A DNA stretch of 37,226 nt from an uncultured bacterium (GCA_964392665.1 CAYMQB010000029.1:1-37226); one strand, 5' to 3'; numbered from the stretch's first letter, positions 1 to 8,268 are shown. Translations and numbers: made by a program. The notes: generated by a model not told the origin, from the sequence alone.

Positions 1-50
1 CCTAACTGGGGAATTATCCTGACCCCAATTGGGGAATTCCTCTGAACCTC
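1..50. repeat. Short palindromic repeat cluster at the window edge. Contains the perfect palindrome CCCCAATTGGGG and two units that resemble, in inverted orientation, the tandem units at 37180-37226.
   Basis: Read directly: ctgGGGAATtatcctgaCCCCAATTGGGGAATTcctCTGAACCtc. Its reverse complement contains GGTTCAG-aggA-ATTCCCCA and GGTCAGgataATTCCCCA, matching GGTTCAa-cttt-ATTCCCCA and GGTTCAG-tttt-ATTCCCCA at the right edge. The 14-mer AATTGGGGTCAGGA (reverse complement of 17-30) recurs at 36052-36065. Confidence 0.6.
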
Positions 51-300
51 GACATCGATTAATCAAACAAGCATTGAGTACTCCATTTCAAATGCATCAC
101 AGGTGCAGTTAAGGATATATAATCCACTGGGTGAAGTTGTCAGGACGCTTGTTGATAACAAAAAATCATCTGGAAGATATGTGGTTATCTGGGATGGCAA
201 AGATGAAAACGGAAATAAGGTTTCAAGTGGCCAATACTTCTACCAATTAATAACAAACGGGTTTGCTAGCACAAAGAAACTAATATTGTTGAAGTAATCG
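46..300 (+). pseudogene. Orphan T9SS C-terminal sorting domain (Por secretion tail, TIGR04183-like). Only the ~80-aa CTD is intact and no upstream passenger domain is in frame, so this is a likely gene remnant or truncated gene.
   Basis: Frame-1 translation from 46 gives TSTSINQTSIEYSISNASQVQLRIYNPLGEVVRTLVDNKKSSGRYVVIWDGKDENGNKVSSGQYFYQLITNGFASTKKLILLK. This matches the T9SS CTD pattern (L.IYN.LG..V...........WDG.D..G..V.SG.YFY.L.......KK..LLK). An in-frame TGA at 43-45, with stops in all three frames inside 1-45, separates it from anything upstream. The first ATG is at 103. The upstream sequence is the palindromic repeat cluster. Confidence 0.5.
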
Positions 301-490
301 AACATTTGGGGACGGTGCCCATGGTATTTGAGTGCGAAAACTTAATGAACCGTTATGCTAAGAAGTTTTGCCAGATCTTAATTGGAAATAAATTGAAATA
401 TATACAACGTCCGATAAGATATATTATGTCAACTACTCGATTACACTTTAATAAACTGTGCATTTGCACTAACAATGGTTTCTCCTTCCC

Positions 491-1084
491 CTAATTGTTA
501 CGGGAGGGTTCCTTATTTTTCTCTAATTGATTAATATAATAGGACTTGGCATCTTCTATTCGAGAATGCATTCTCTGAAATAGACGAAGACTTGAGATGA
601 TTACAAAAATGATTCCTACTACCACAGAAATATCTTTGTTTCCATAACAACAAAATATCCATTTCGATATAATAATAATTAAACTAATGGAAGCAGTTGC
701 GCAAACAGAAGATCCAATACGCCTTAGGTATTCAAATCTTTCGATTAGTCTTAAAGGGTCGAATCCATATTTATCTTCAATTGCCTTCATTATTTTTGGA
801 AAGTCTGTATTGTGGTCACTTTTCATAATTCTAGACCATTTTTTTTTGTAAATGGATGCCGGAATTTCCACCAAAACTAACCCTATGAAATATGAAAAGA
901 ATAGAAAAATAATGAAATTCAGGAGTTTTTTAGAAATAAAACAGAAGAAAACTAGGTGTTGATCAAAAGAATATGCAACTACGACCAAAATGAAAGCACC
1001 CGCAAAAGCGTGTGCAAGGTCCCGCATTATATATCTATCATATAATTTCCCGAGGACATCTCCAATTTTGTCAATATTGCTCAT
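491..1084 (-). CDS. Hypothetical multi-pass membrane protein (197 aa), last gene of the cyclase operon.
   Basis: Long ORF with the strong SD AAGGAGG upstream (revcomp of 1085-1103 gives aataaaggaggatgaaATG). Several hydrophobic helices (AFAGAFILVVVAYSF, FIIFLFFSYFIGLVLV, SISLIIIISKWIF, VVVGIIFVIISSL). No recognisable catalytic or cNMP-binding motif. Confidence 0.6.
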   Translation of the reverse strand: MSNIDKIGDVLGKLYDRYIMRDLAHAFAGAFILVVVAYSFDQHLVFFCFISKKLLNFIIFLFFSYFIGLVLVEIPASIYKKKWSRIMKSDHNTDFPKIMKAIEDKYGFDPLRLIERFEYLRRIGSSVCATASISLIIIISKWIFCCYGNKDISVVVGIIFVIISSLRLFQRMHSRIEDAKSYYINQLEKNKEPSRNN

Positions 1085-1182
1085 TTCATCCTCCTTTATT
1101 TCTGCGGTAACGCCACCACTTCTTCACCATTTACGCCCGTATTAGCCCACTAACTGTATGTATAGAAGATACTTAGTCTCAA

Positions 1183-1536
1183 TCAGTTTGACTTTACTCT
1201 AATACACTTGCAGAAACCGTGATAATTGGCGCAGATTCCTCCAAAAAGCGAGAAAAACCCCCAGAAGAGAGGACGACCGAAAATATGTGACATTATGGGT
1301 TTTGAATAGGGAACTAGATATATACCCCAGGTTATAAGGAAACATCCAAGGACTATGCAGGTATGACCAAAAACAATCAACCCTATTCGACTTTGCCTCC
1401 AACTGAGAAACGCGAGACCAATTCCTACAAGGATAGGAATAACTGACCCCGGATTTGGTGCTTTTATGATGCCCACTATGCCCAATAGAACAAGCAATAT
1501 ACCTAAAATTAGCGTTATGAGTCTTTTAGGTTTCAT
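1183..1536 (-). CDS. Small polytopic membrane protein (117 aa, about 4 TM helices).
   Basis: ORF starts 17 nt after the cyclase stop, with the SD GGGGAGAGGAGAAAACAC-ATG. The protein is almost entirely hydrophobic helices (LITLILGILLVLLGIVGII, VIPILVGIGLAFL, IGLIVFGHTCIVLGCFLITWGIYLV, LFWGFFSLFGGI). Confidence 0.6.
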   Translation of the reverse strand: MKPKRLITLILGILLVLLGIVGIIKAPNPGSVIPILVGIGLAFLSWRQSRIGLIVFGHTCIVLGCFLITWGIYLVPYSKPIMSHIFGRPLFWGFFSLFGGICANYHGFCKCIRVKSN

Positions 1537-1553
1537 GTGTTTTCTCCTCTCCC

Positions 1554-1997
1554 CTATTTTTCAAGTAATTGTTCGGTTTCTTTGCAATAGGCAACGCCTG
1601 ATTCACTCTTACGCGCCTTCTTAACATTCATTTCAGCTTCGTTCACTGTTCTTCCAAGAATATCTTCAACAAGAAATGAAGGATGTCCGAGTTTTACGAG
1701 CAGAACTTCACCAGCTGCAATTCCTATGTTGAAGCGCAGCGATATCTCCCCGACTTCCTTGATATAACCGGCAATTTCATTTGCAGATTTAACAGTATTA
1801 CCTGGCTCATCAAATGTGAAAAGGATTGTATCTCCTATGTATTTACGTATTGTTCCACCATATTGTATGATTTTATCACCGGCAATCTTAAATGCCTCCT
1901 GCAAGTATTCGTATGTTCTTTCAATACCAGCAGTTTCAACAAGCAGTCTAAAATTGGTCAAATCCGCAAAGCAAACGGTTAATCTTTGTTTTTCCAT
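1554..1997 (-). CDS. Stand-alone minimal class III nucleotidyl cyclase (CHD) domain protein, 148 aa. Nucleotide specificity unknown.
   Basis: Start chosen at the internal Met (MEKQRLTVCFADL...) because it is preceded by the SD AAAGGAGAGAG and avoids overlap with the upstream lipoprotein gene. Class III cyclase signatures are present: metal Asp in FADLTNF, second Asp in KYIGDTILF, GIAAGEVLLVKLG, and LGRTVNEAEMNVKKA, corresponding to the F.D..GFT / IGD / GIH.G.V / G..VN.A.R motifs. Confidence 0.7.
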   Translation of the reverse strand: MEKQRLTVCFADLTNFRLLVETAGIERTYEYLQEAFKIAGDKIIQYGGTIRKYIGDTILFTFDEPGNTVKSANEIAGYIKEVGEISLRFNIGIAAGEVLLVKLGHPSFLVEDILGRTVNEAEMNVKKARKSESGVAYCKETEQLLEK

Positions 1998-2022
1998 CTC
2001 TCTCCTTTTCTGAAGTTTCTTC

Positions 2023-2802
2023 TTACTGCACCAGATGCCATGTGTAGGAAGATATTCCATCTGTATTGACAATAACTGCGATAGGTGAATACAGTGAATC
2101 AAATGGATATGCAACGAGATGTGTGCTGTCAGATTGAGGTAAAGCACCCATATTTGTTATCTTAAAAGAATCATAATTACCTATATTCCATTTATTGTCT
2201 ACAAGAAGGCTACCTGCTCCAGCAAAATCACAGTCAATATAAAGTGTAAACATCGGAACCTGTATGTTCCAGGTATAATTGCTGTAACCCCTTGTATCTA
2301 CCACTGACTGAACATCGGGAAAGCGTCCTGCCTTAGCCCACAATCCTGTATTTTCGCTTTGCTTGAATTCACCTAAATAATCGTTCCACTTGCCAACGGA
2401 AGCTCCATTCACAAGAATATCATAATCGATGTACCACTTATAGCTGCCGTATGAAATTTGTTGGTTGTTTACAGTTAGCTGGAATGTCGGCGATAAAATG
2501 TTAAACCCGAATGTATCTGTGTCCATCGTATTTACCATTATAGAATCTATGATGCTGTCTCCGAACATCGCCTTAACATATGTGCTCTCGCTCCGCTGGA
2601 AACTCCCCATAGTTGCTGTCATATATGCATCAACAGTCCCGACATACTGCGATTGCAGATATATGTCACAGTACAACCAGGTGTCGTTATCAACTTTCAG
2701 TGTAAAATTCCCGGGTTCTGAAGGAGGATTTTCCAACCCATCCTTTTTGCAGCCAGAAAATAGAAGAAGAAATAAAGTTAGAATTAAAACACTTTTCTTC
2801 AT
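2023..2802 (-). CDS. Hypothetical lipoprotein (259 aa), first gene of the cyclase operon.
   Basis: N-terminus MKKSVLILTLFLLLFSGC carries a lipobox (LFSGC). Remainder is hydrophilic, rich in N/S/T/Y/W. Ends 25 nt upstream of the cyclase start. Confidence 0.65.
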   Translation of the reverse strand: MKKSVLILTLFLLLFSGCKKDGLENPPSEPGNFTLKVDNDTWLYCDIYLQSQYVGTVDAYMTATMGSFQRSESTYVKAMFGDSIIDSIMVNTMDTDTFGFNILSPTFQLTVNNQQISYGSYKWYIDYDILVNGASVGKWNDYLGEFKQSENTGLWAKAGRFPDVQSVVDTRGYSNYTWNIQVPMFTLYIDCDFAGAGSLLVDNKWNIGNYDSFKITNMGALPQSDSTHLVAYPFDSLYSPIAVIVNTDGISSYTWHLVQ

Positions 2803-3012
2803 TTTGCACCTCCTGATAGTAATAATCTTTATTCACTCTAATTTTGTCAATGTTCCTTCTGCAGAATTTTCCAGTCTTTTTTTCTTGGAACTATTGCGAC
2901 AACCGAAGGTTCCTCTTTGTTTTTCATTAGCATCCATATATTAACACAGAAATGTCGAAAATTCAAGGATAAAGTTTAATTCTCTCTGGGAATAGGAACA
3001 GGTCGACTATAA

Positions 3013-3062
3013 AAAAATCCGAAATCATGAAATTGAGAAATTGGAAAATTAGAAATTAAAAC
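3013..3062. repeat. ~45-50-nt AT-rich repeat unit, copy 1. Direct repeat flanking the left side of the hicBA cassette.
   Basis: AAAAATCCGAAATCATGAAATTGAGAAATTGGAAAATTAGAAATTAAAACC. The first 30 nt match 3848-3877 with 2 mismatches. Confidence 0.7.
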
Positions 3063-3115
3063 CTCTTGATTGGTCAAAGAAACTTTAATATGTATCAGAA
3101 TGTGATTATAAAATT

Positions 3116-3349
3116 TTATTTAATATTATTCCATTCATCAGTTGCAATTTTACGGTCAAGAATAGATCCGACTTCTTGAATCATCATCTTTAGTTGTGGT
3201 ATAGAGTATTCACGGTTTGATGGAATAGCAAGACGGTGCTCTTTGTATACCATAAAATGATGTCTTCTACCAATAAAAGGACCATTAAATCCAAGCGTAT
3301 GTAACTTACGAATGAAATCCCTTCGTTTACATGGTAACCATTGACTCAC
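3116..3349 (-). CDS. hicA: HicA-family mRNA interferase toxin (type II TA).
   Basis: 77 aa. KRRDFIRKLHTLGFNGPFIGRRHHFMVYKEHRLAIPSNREYSIPQLKMMIQEVG fits the HicA/YcfA pattern (G....R..GSHH.F.H.....T.P.H...L..G.L..I.KQ). Overlaps the upstream hicB 3' end by 23 nt. Confidence 0.75.
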   Translation of the reverse strand: MSQWLPCKRRDFIRKLHTLGFNGPFIGRRHHFMVYKEHRLAIPSNREYSIPQLKMMIQEVGSILDRKIATDEWNNIK

Positions 3350-3593
3350 GAGACGGTTTCCTGTTGAGGTTTATTTCATTAATTACTGGGAGATGATGTC
3401 CTAATTTAATCCCTACAAGAATCCAGTCCTCTAATGTTGACCTTAATTCATCCTCACATTCCCGTAAGGATTTCGCAAAGGAAATTACTCCTTTACATTT
3501 TGGGACTCGTCCCACAAATGAGCCATCTTCTAATTTGTCATATTCAGCACATGCCAAAGCCGAGTTAATATAATCTGTTAGGGTAAACTTCAT
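3327..3593 (-). CDS. hicB: HicB-family antitoxin (UPF0150/HicB_lk_antitox fold).
   Basis: 88 aa. KLEDGSFVGRVPKCKGVISFAKSLRECEDELRSTLEDWILVGIKLGHHLPVI matches the HicB core (EDGGY.A.VP.LPGC.S.G.T.EEA..N..EA...). Sits immediately upstream of and overlapping hicA. Confidence 0.7.
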   Translation of the reverse strand: MKFTLTDYINSALACAEYDKLEDGSFVGRVPKCKGVISFAKSLRECEDELRSTLEDWILVGIKLGHHLPVINEINLNRKPSRESMVTM

Positions 3594-3847
3594 ATCTTCA
3601 CCTCCTGTTTAATATAGTTCATCTCTGTATATATGAACAAGTTTGCATATAACTATAATAATATGGTATATATGATATAGTTTTAGCATACCTTCCGCAG
3701 TATCAAAAAACAAATTCTTCCTTCTTACCATTATCACCTTTTTATATCATCCGATGGACAAATAACCTGCCCAATATTTATTTTGACTTTATAATCTTCC
3801 ATCTCACCAAGGAAATAATAGTAAAAAATAGAGATAAAGTCAAGGGG

Positions 3848-3937
3848 AAAAATCCGAAACCAAGAAATTGAGAAATTGCAGAATTAATACAACCAAAAAG
3901 CCGAAATTACGAAAATGGAAATTGGGAAATTAATACC
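3848..3937. repeat. Two tandem copies (3848-3894, 3895-3937) of the ~45-nt AT-rich repeat, flanking the right side of hicBA.
   Basis: AAAAATCCGAAACCAAGAAATTGAGAAATTGCAGAATTAATACAACC then AAAAAGCCGAAATTACGAAAATGGAAATTGGGAAATTAATACC. Same orientation as the copy at 3013-3062. Confidence 0.7.
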
Positions 3938-3964
3938 TTTTTTCGAGACAAAAAGTCTAAAATT

Positions 3965-3981
3965 AGGGTCAGCGCCCGTTT
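3965..3981 (+). repeat. Dispersed GC-rich motif AGGGtCAGCGCCCGTTT, copy 1 of 3.
   Basis: Read directly. Near-identical copies at 34384-34402 (same orientation) and 33714-33733 (reverse complement). Two of three copies are preceded by the sequence aaaattagg. Confidence 0.65.
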
Positions 3982-4011
3982 CGAAGACTGAATATCTGTC
4001 GCGCTGTGTTT

Positions 4012-4587
4012 TCAAAAACTTACTGCAATTTGAAAAATTATCGGTGGAGTTTTTTGTTTCTCATCTGCAAACTGATGGTATGCAAAGGTTTCGGCAATTG
4101 GTGATAGCATTAGACCTACAAGATAGAAACTGCCTGGTCTAACGCTATCTTCTCCTCTTATTTTGTGCATAGTAAAATCAAGTATGTATCCAGCAGCACA
4201 GGATGCAAAACCAACTGCAATTGTTCCGCCAAATGTCTGCCAGGGATTCTCTATGCTCTTATCACTGTCCAGCATTAAATTTCCCATTAGATAAACACCT
4301 GCAGTTCCACCAATAACGGTACCGAAAAGCCCACCAGTTGTCATTGTTCCTGAAATAAACTTTAGGTCCTTAAGATGAGGATTACCGACTGACGAAACGC
4401 AACCCAAGCAACAAGCATTCGCAGTTCCTACCATAAAACCCGCGGCAGCACCCACGGTTCCAACTCCTATTTGTGCTCCCATTCTTGCTGTATTCGATGA
4501 AGAGAATAGAAACACATTTAGAGAAAGTACAAAACAACAGACAGCTATGAGTTTAGAAAAAATACTGCTACCAATATCTTTTGCCAT
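4012..4587 (-). CDS. Glycine-zipper-rich hypothetical membrane/surface protein (191 aa).
   Basis: N-terminal hydrophobic segment, then repeated GxxxG-type stretches (GAQIGVGTVGAAAGFMVGTA, GGLFGTVIGGTAGVYLMG, GGTIAVGFASCAAGYIL) typical of glycine-zipper proteins. Exact C-terminus uncertain. Confidence 0.5.
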   Translation of the reverse strand: MAKDIGSSIFSKLIAVCCFVLSLNVFLFSSSNTARMGAQIGVGTVGAAAGFMVGTANACCLGCVSSVGNPHLKDLKFISGTMTTGGLFGTVIGGTAGVYLMGNLMLDSDKSIENPWQTFGGTIAVGFASCAAGYILDFTMHKIRGEDSVRPGSFYLVGLMLSPIAETFAYHQFADEKQKTPPIIFQIAVSF

Positions 4588-4681
4588 TGATAAACTCCTT
4601 TATACATTTTTTCATAGTTTTCTCTTTTGTAACTGGTTCTGTTACTACAATTTCTGCATTCCGGCGATTACTCTTAAACTG

Positions 4682-5701
4682 TCATCTTTTTGAGCGTAGT
4701 TGACCGCAGGCCCCATGAATATCATTTCCCCTACTCTGTCTTAGAGTTACCGCCTGTGCGATGGGATACAGAAATTCTATGAATTTCTTCACCTTTTCCA
4801 TATCGGGACTCCTGTATGAACTGCTGCCTATCGAATTCAATGGAATAATATTTATCTTGCAGGGAATATGCTGAGTTATTGCAGCTAATGCCTTTGCATC
4901 AGTAATAGAATCATTTACACCTTTTATGAGCACATATTCGAATGTTATTCTTTTTTTCTTTTTCTCGTAATAGAATTCAAGAGCCTTAAATAATGTATTA
5001 AGGTTATACCTCCTGTTGATAGGCATCAATCTGTCTCTTTTCTTATCCGTTGCTGCATTCAATGAAACAGCGAGTTTCACCTGTAATGGCTCCTTGCCAA
5101 GAGCTCTTATTCCAGGAACAATTCCAGCGGTTGATATAGTAATCTTCCTTGCTCCTATGTTCATTCCCATATCGCTGTTGAGGATTTTTACACCCTTCAT
5201 TACATTATTATAGTTGAGTAATGGTTCACCCATTCCCATAAGAACCACATTTGTTAACCTCTTCCCCATCTCTGACTGTATCCTTCTGACCTGGTCGACA
5301 ATTTCCCATGCAGCAAGATTCCGCTTAAATCCCGTCTTGCCTGTCATACAGAAAGAGCAGTTAAGCGCACATCCAACCTGAGTCGAAATACATACTGTTT
5401 TTCTCTTTTTGGTAGGTATGTAGACGCTTTCGATTCGTTTTCTATCGTGAAGTCCAAATAGAAACTTAACTGTTCTATCTTTTGAGGTCAATTTTTTGAT
5501 GGTTTTAAGAATAGGTATCTCACAGAAAGTATCGAATTTCAACCTTGCTGTTTTTGACAGGGAGGTTATCTCTTTAAAGTCCGACTTATCCTTGACCCAT
5601 ATCCAGTGGAAAATCTGATCGGAACGGTAAGGTTCTATCTCTTTAGATATGTAAAATCGCTTTAATTCCTCTAAGGTCAGGTTTTTTATGTTTTTTCTCA
5701 T
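4682..5701 (-). CDS. rlmN: 23S rRNA/tRNA (adenine-C2)-methyltransferase RlmN (radical SAM).
   Basis: 339 aa. Radical-SAM CxxxCxxC motif (CALNCSFC), GMGEPL, and C-terminal GNDIHGACGQL typical of RlmN/Cfr. The N-terminus (LTLEELKRFY...IFHWIW) matches the RlmN N-terminus. Confidence 0.9.
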   Translation of the reverse strand: MRKNIKNLTLEELKRFYISKEIEPYRSDQIFHWIWVKDKSDFKEITSLSKTARLKFDTFCEIPILKTIKKLTSKDRTVKFLFGLHDRKRIESVYIPTKKRKTVCISTQVGCALNCSFCMTGKTGFKRNLAAWEIVDQVRRIQSEMGKRLTNVVLMGMGEPLLNYNNVMKGVKILNSDMGMNIGARKITISTAGIVPGIRALGKEPLQVKLAVSLNAATDKKRDRLMPINRRYNLNTLFKALEFYYEKKKKRITFEYVLIKGVNDSITDAKALAAITQHIPCKINIIPLNSIGSSSYRSPDMEKVKKFIEFLYPIAQAVTLRQSRGNDIHGACGQLRSKR

Positions 5702-6833
5702 TTTTTTCTCTTAAACTAACAATTTCATTGATTTTAAGATTGGTATCTGGGGCTATTATTCTTATACTGTGATTAATCAAGGCTTCGTACGTATCATCAT
5801 ACTCTCCTTTTGCATTCCATACAATCCATCCTGAAACACCGGCATCTTCACACGCTTTCATCTGAACACCTATGTAGTTTTTGCCAAGCTTGGATATTTT
5901 CCAATTGAAGCCCTGAATATAAGGAAGAAGCTTACAATTTGAATGTCTTAAAAAAACTTTTGCCCTTTGAAGGTTCTGAAATACTATATTATAGGTTCTT
6001 TCCTCTTTAACGTTGTTACTTAGGAAATCATCCGCAAAATGAGAAGGATATAACATAGGGCTTATTACATCAACTTCGCTGCCAATTCGGTAAAGATGTT
6101 GACCTTCCCTTGGCAGTCTATTGTGCCAGGCGGTGTATCCGAAAGTTGCAATGGATATGTTTATTCCCTGTTTCTCCAGCACATTATGTGCAAATAACAA
6201 AAAAGAATGTATTGCTTCTTCTTTAGGTCTGTTTTTCTGAAAGGGAAAATAAGGAGAAGAACTACCGTCAGATGAAGGGAATCTAACATAGTCGAATTGG
6301 ATTTCATCGAAACCCGCTTCTGCAACCTCTTCTGCAATTTGAGTGTTGTAGTTCCATGCATCCTTGCTGAAAGGGTCAACCCAGACGAAACCATTCTCGT
6401 CTCTGAATAGTTTTTTTGTCCCTTTGATTTTAACGCCGTATTTTCTTGCTTTGTAACGCGCAAACACAGGGTCTCTGAAAACTGCTATTCTTGCTATCAA
6501 ATAGTACCCATCCGACTTCAGACCTGCAATATAATGTTCCAGGTTTTTGACAAGATTTCCCTGAGAACCAATCTTTCTCACGATTTTCAATTTTGAATTA
6601 TAGCTCAATTTCCCATGAGAATCCTTAACATCAATAACAAGCGTATTTATCAATCCATCGAACTTAGTTAATATTCTTTTCATGTATTTCTTGTCTCCAG
6701 CCCTGAAAGCATTTAAGTAAATACCTTTCTTGAATGCAATTGCCTGGTTTCTCTTTGGATATGCAAGTGCTTGTAGTGCTGTAGAAAACACCGCACAAAC
6801 GATTATAATGGGTAAAAACCTTTTCATTATCAT
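5643..6833 (-). CDS. Secreted TIM-barrel putative glycoside hydrolase (DUF4015/COG1306-like family).
   Basis: 396 aa with a signal peptide (MIMKRFLPIIIVCAVFSTALQALA). The family assignment is by recollection of DUF4015-type sequences (GIYLN...IDVKD..G.L.Y.S..., FRDP, DEIQFDYVRFP) and is not verified. Its 3' end overlaps the rlmN start by about 59 nt. Confidence 0.55.
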   Translation of the reverse strand: MIMKRFLPIIIVCAVFSTALQALAYPKRNQAIAFKKGIYLNAFRAGDKKYMKRILTKFDGLINTLVIDVKDSHGKLSYNSKLKIVRKIGSQGNLVKNLEHYIAGLKSDGYYLIARIAVFRDPVFARYKARKYGVKIKGTKKLFRDENGFVWVDPFSKDAWNYNTQIAEEVAEAGFDEIQFDYVRFPSSDGSSSPYFPFQKNRPKEEAIHSFLLFAHNVLEKQGINISIATFGYTAWHNRLPREGQHLYRIGSEVDVISPMLYPSHFADDFLSNNVKEERTYNIVFQNLQRAKVFLRHSNCKLLPYIQGFNWKISKLGKNYIGVQMKACEDAGVSGWIVWNAKGEYDDTYEALINHSIRIIAPDTNLKINEIVSLREKNEKKHKKPDLRGIKAILHI

Positions 6834-6855
6834 CTTACTATCTTTATGAAAATTC

Positions 6856-7443
6856 CTAAATAAACCTTGATAGAACTTGCATTACAATGCAGGCAATAGG
6901 AGCAACTGTTAGATTATCATCAAGCGGAATAGGCAGAAACTCAACTACTGTTGCAGTCAATGCACCTATGAGCATTACAAAGAAACCAATGTGGATACAG
7001 GGAATAAGCATTGCAATTAGACCGATGATGAAACAGATTATAAAAAACGAAGCACTCCCGGCAATAGATTTCCCATGGAAGAATCTAATCCGCCCATATT
7101 TCTTTCCTACAAGTGCTGCCACAGCATCACCGAATGTTAGGAATAATAGGGAAATGATTGCAATGCTCTTGGGAAAAAATATTATGCAAAACAGATTAGC
7201 TATTAGAAAATTTGTTGTTCCAAGAAGAAAACCAGGTTCTTCTTTAAGAATTCCTTTCGAATGTTCTTTCATAACTTTGTATGAACCGGGTGCAATCCTT
7301 CTTAAAATTTCCAGAACAGTTATTATCCCTGAAAAATATAGAAGAAAACACAAAGGAAAAAGCCTTGTTGGTGAAAAATAGTAGATAATGGGAAATAGCG
7401 AACCTACCCCAATTCTAAATGCTTTCCTTGCCCAGACTTTCAT
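6856..7443 (-). CDS. CdsA-superfamily (CTP-transferase-1, dolichol/phytol-kinase-like) integral membrane protein.
   Basis: 195 aa, polytopic. Motif LTFGDAVAALVGKKYGRIRF resembles the GD..A...G...GK signature of phosphatidate cytidylyltransferase and polyprenol kinases. Confidence 0.5.
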   Translation of the reverse strand: MKVWARKAFRIGVGSLFPIIYYFSPTRLFPLCFLLYFSGIITVLEILRRIAPGSYKVMKEHSKGILKEEPGFLLGTTNFLIANLFCIIFFPKSIAIISLLFLTFGDAVAALVGKKYGRIRFFHGKSIAGSASFFIICFIIGLIAMLIPCIHIGFFVMLIGALTATVVEFLPIPLDDNLTVAPIACIVMQVLSRFI

Positions 7444-7547
7444 TACAGCTCCTTATTCTATATATGATTACGCAGATTCATTTCGTTTAAATCGTTTTAG
7501 CGTTTACATCGATTATTCTGCTTTTGTTTTCGCAGACAAGCCTGAGG

Positions 7548-8144
7548 CTACTTTGCCTTTTCTCTCATTGCTAATCTTCGCATTTCCTTAATAGCTTCCA
7601 TATTTGCAATACCCGCTAAAACAAGAAAAATTGCCATTCCTGGAGCCAGCCATTTCCATTCGTAACGGTAAATCAGGAAAATTAACGAAAGCGAAATAAA
7701 AAATCCTGATACAACAACCGGAATTGAACGCGCCTTTTTTTGAATTAGGAAATATGCAATTAATACAATAGGGAAAGCCCACGGTAAAAGATATAAAAAG
7801 ACGCCCCCGCTTGTTGCTACACCCTTACCTCCTCTAAATCTCATAAAAATCGACCAACAATGTCCTGCAACCGCTGCAATCCCAACAAGGAAAATTATGA
7901 AAAGCTGAACATGGAAAATCCTATCGGAAATAAACATGACAACAAGGCTCTTACACATATCAAGAATCCATACAATTATCCCATAGGGTTTGCCAACCGC
8001 ACGAAAAACATTCGCTGCGCCTGGATTTTTTGAACCTACATTTCGTATATCAACACCTTTCATTCTGGATATTATCGCAGCAAAAGGAATCGAACCAACT
8101 AAATATCCCGCAATTAAAAGGAAAATTATAAGAAGCTTATCCAT
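7548..8144 (-). CDS. plsY: Glycerol-3-phosphate acyltransferase PlsY (acyl-phosphate:G3P acyltransferase).
   Basis: 198 aa. GYLVGSIPFAAIISRMKGVDIRNVGSKNPGAANVFRAVGKPYGIIVWILDMCK matches the conserved PlsY N-terminal block. Confidence 0.9.
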   Translation of the reverse strand: MDKLLIIFLLIAGYLVGSIPFAAIISRMKGVDIRNVGSKNPGAANVFRAVGKPYGIIVWILDMCKSLVVMFISDRIFHVQLFIIFLVGIAAVAGHCWSIFMRFRGGKGVATSGGVFLYLLPWAFPIVLIAYFLIQKKARSIPVVVSGFFISLSLIFLIYRYEWKWLAPGMAIFLVLAGIANMEAIKEMRRLAMREKAK

Positions 8145-8268
8145 AAAATAACTATAGCAAAATTACGAGATATTGTCAAGAATTCAAAAAGGACAACTGG
8201 AAATACAAAGTTCCACTCTCAGAGTTTACAATCACCAAGAAATTCCGTTTCGTCAATGATATCGTCGT

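Noticed and set aside
1-50. Possible CRISPR array at the window edges (repeated GGTTCAG-N4-ATTCCCCA units at 1-50 and 37180-37226).
   Set aside because: Units are ~20 nt with only ~4-nt gaps and just two copies per site, with no spacer-sized unique inserts. They behave as a dispersed palindromic (REP-like) repeat, not a repeat-spacer array.
421-470. The GTGCA-tt-TGCAC palindrome between the convergent T9SS remnant and the membrane-protein gene, as a bidirectional terminator.
   Set aside because: The stem is only 4-5 bp with a 2-nt loop and has no flanking T/A tracts. It is too weak to call.
1554-2147. The 197-aa version of the cyclase ORF starting at 2147.
   Set aside because: Its first 50 codons overlap the lipoprotein gene 3' end and have no cyclase-domain similarity. 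An internal ATG (1995-1997) has a strong SD and starts exactly at beta-1 of the cyclase domain.
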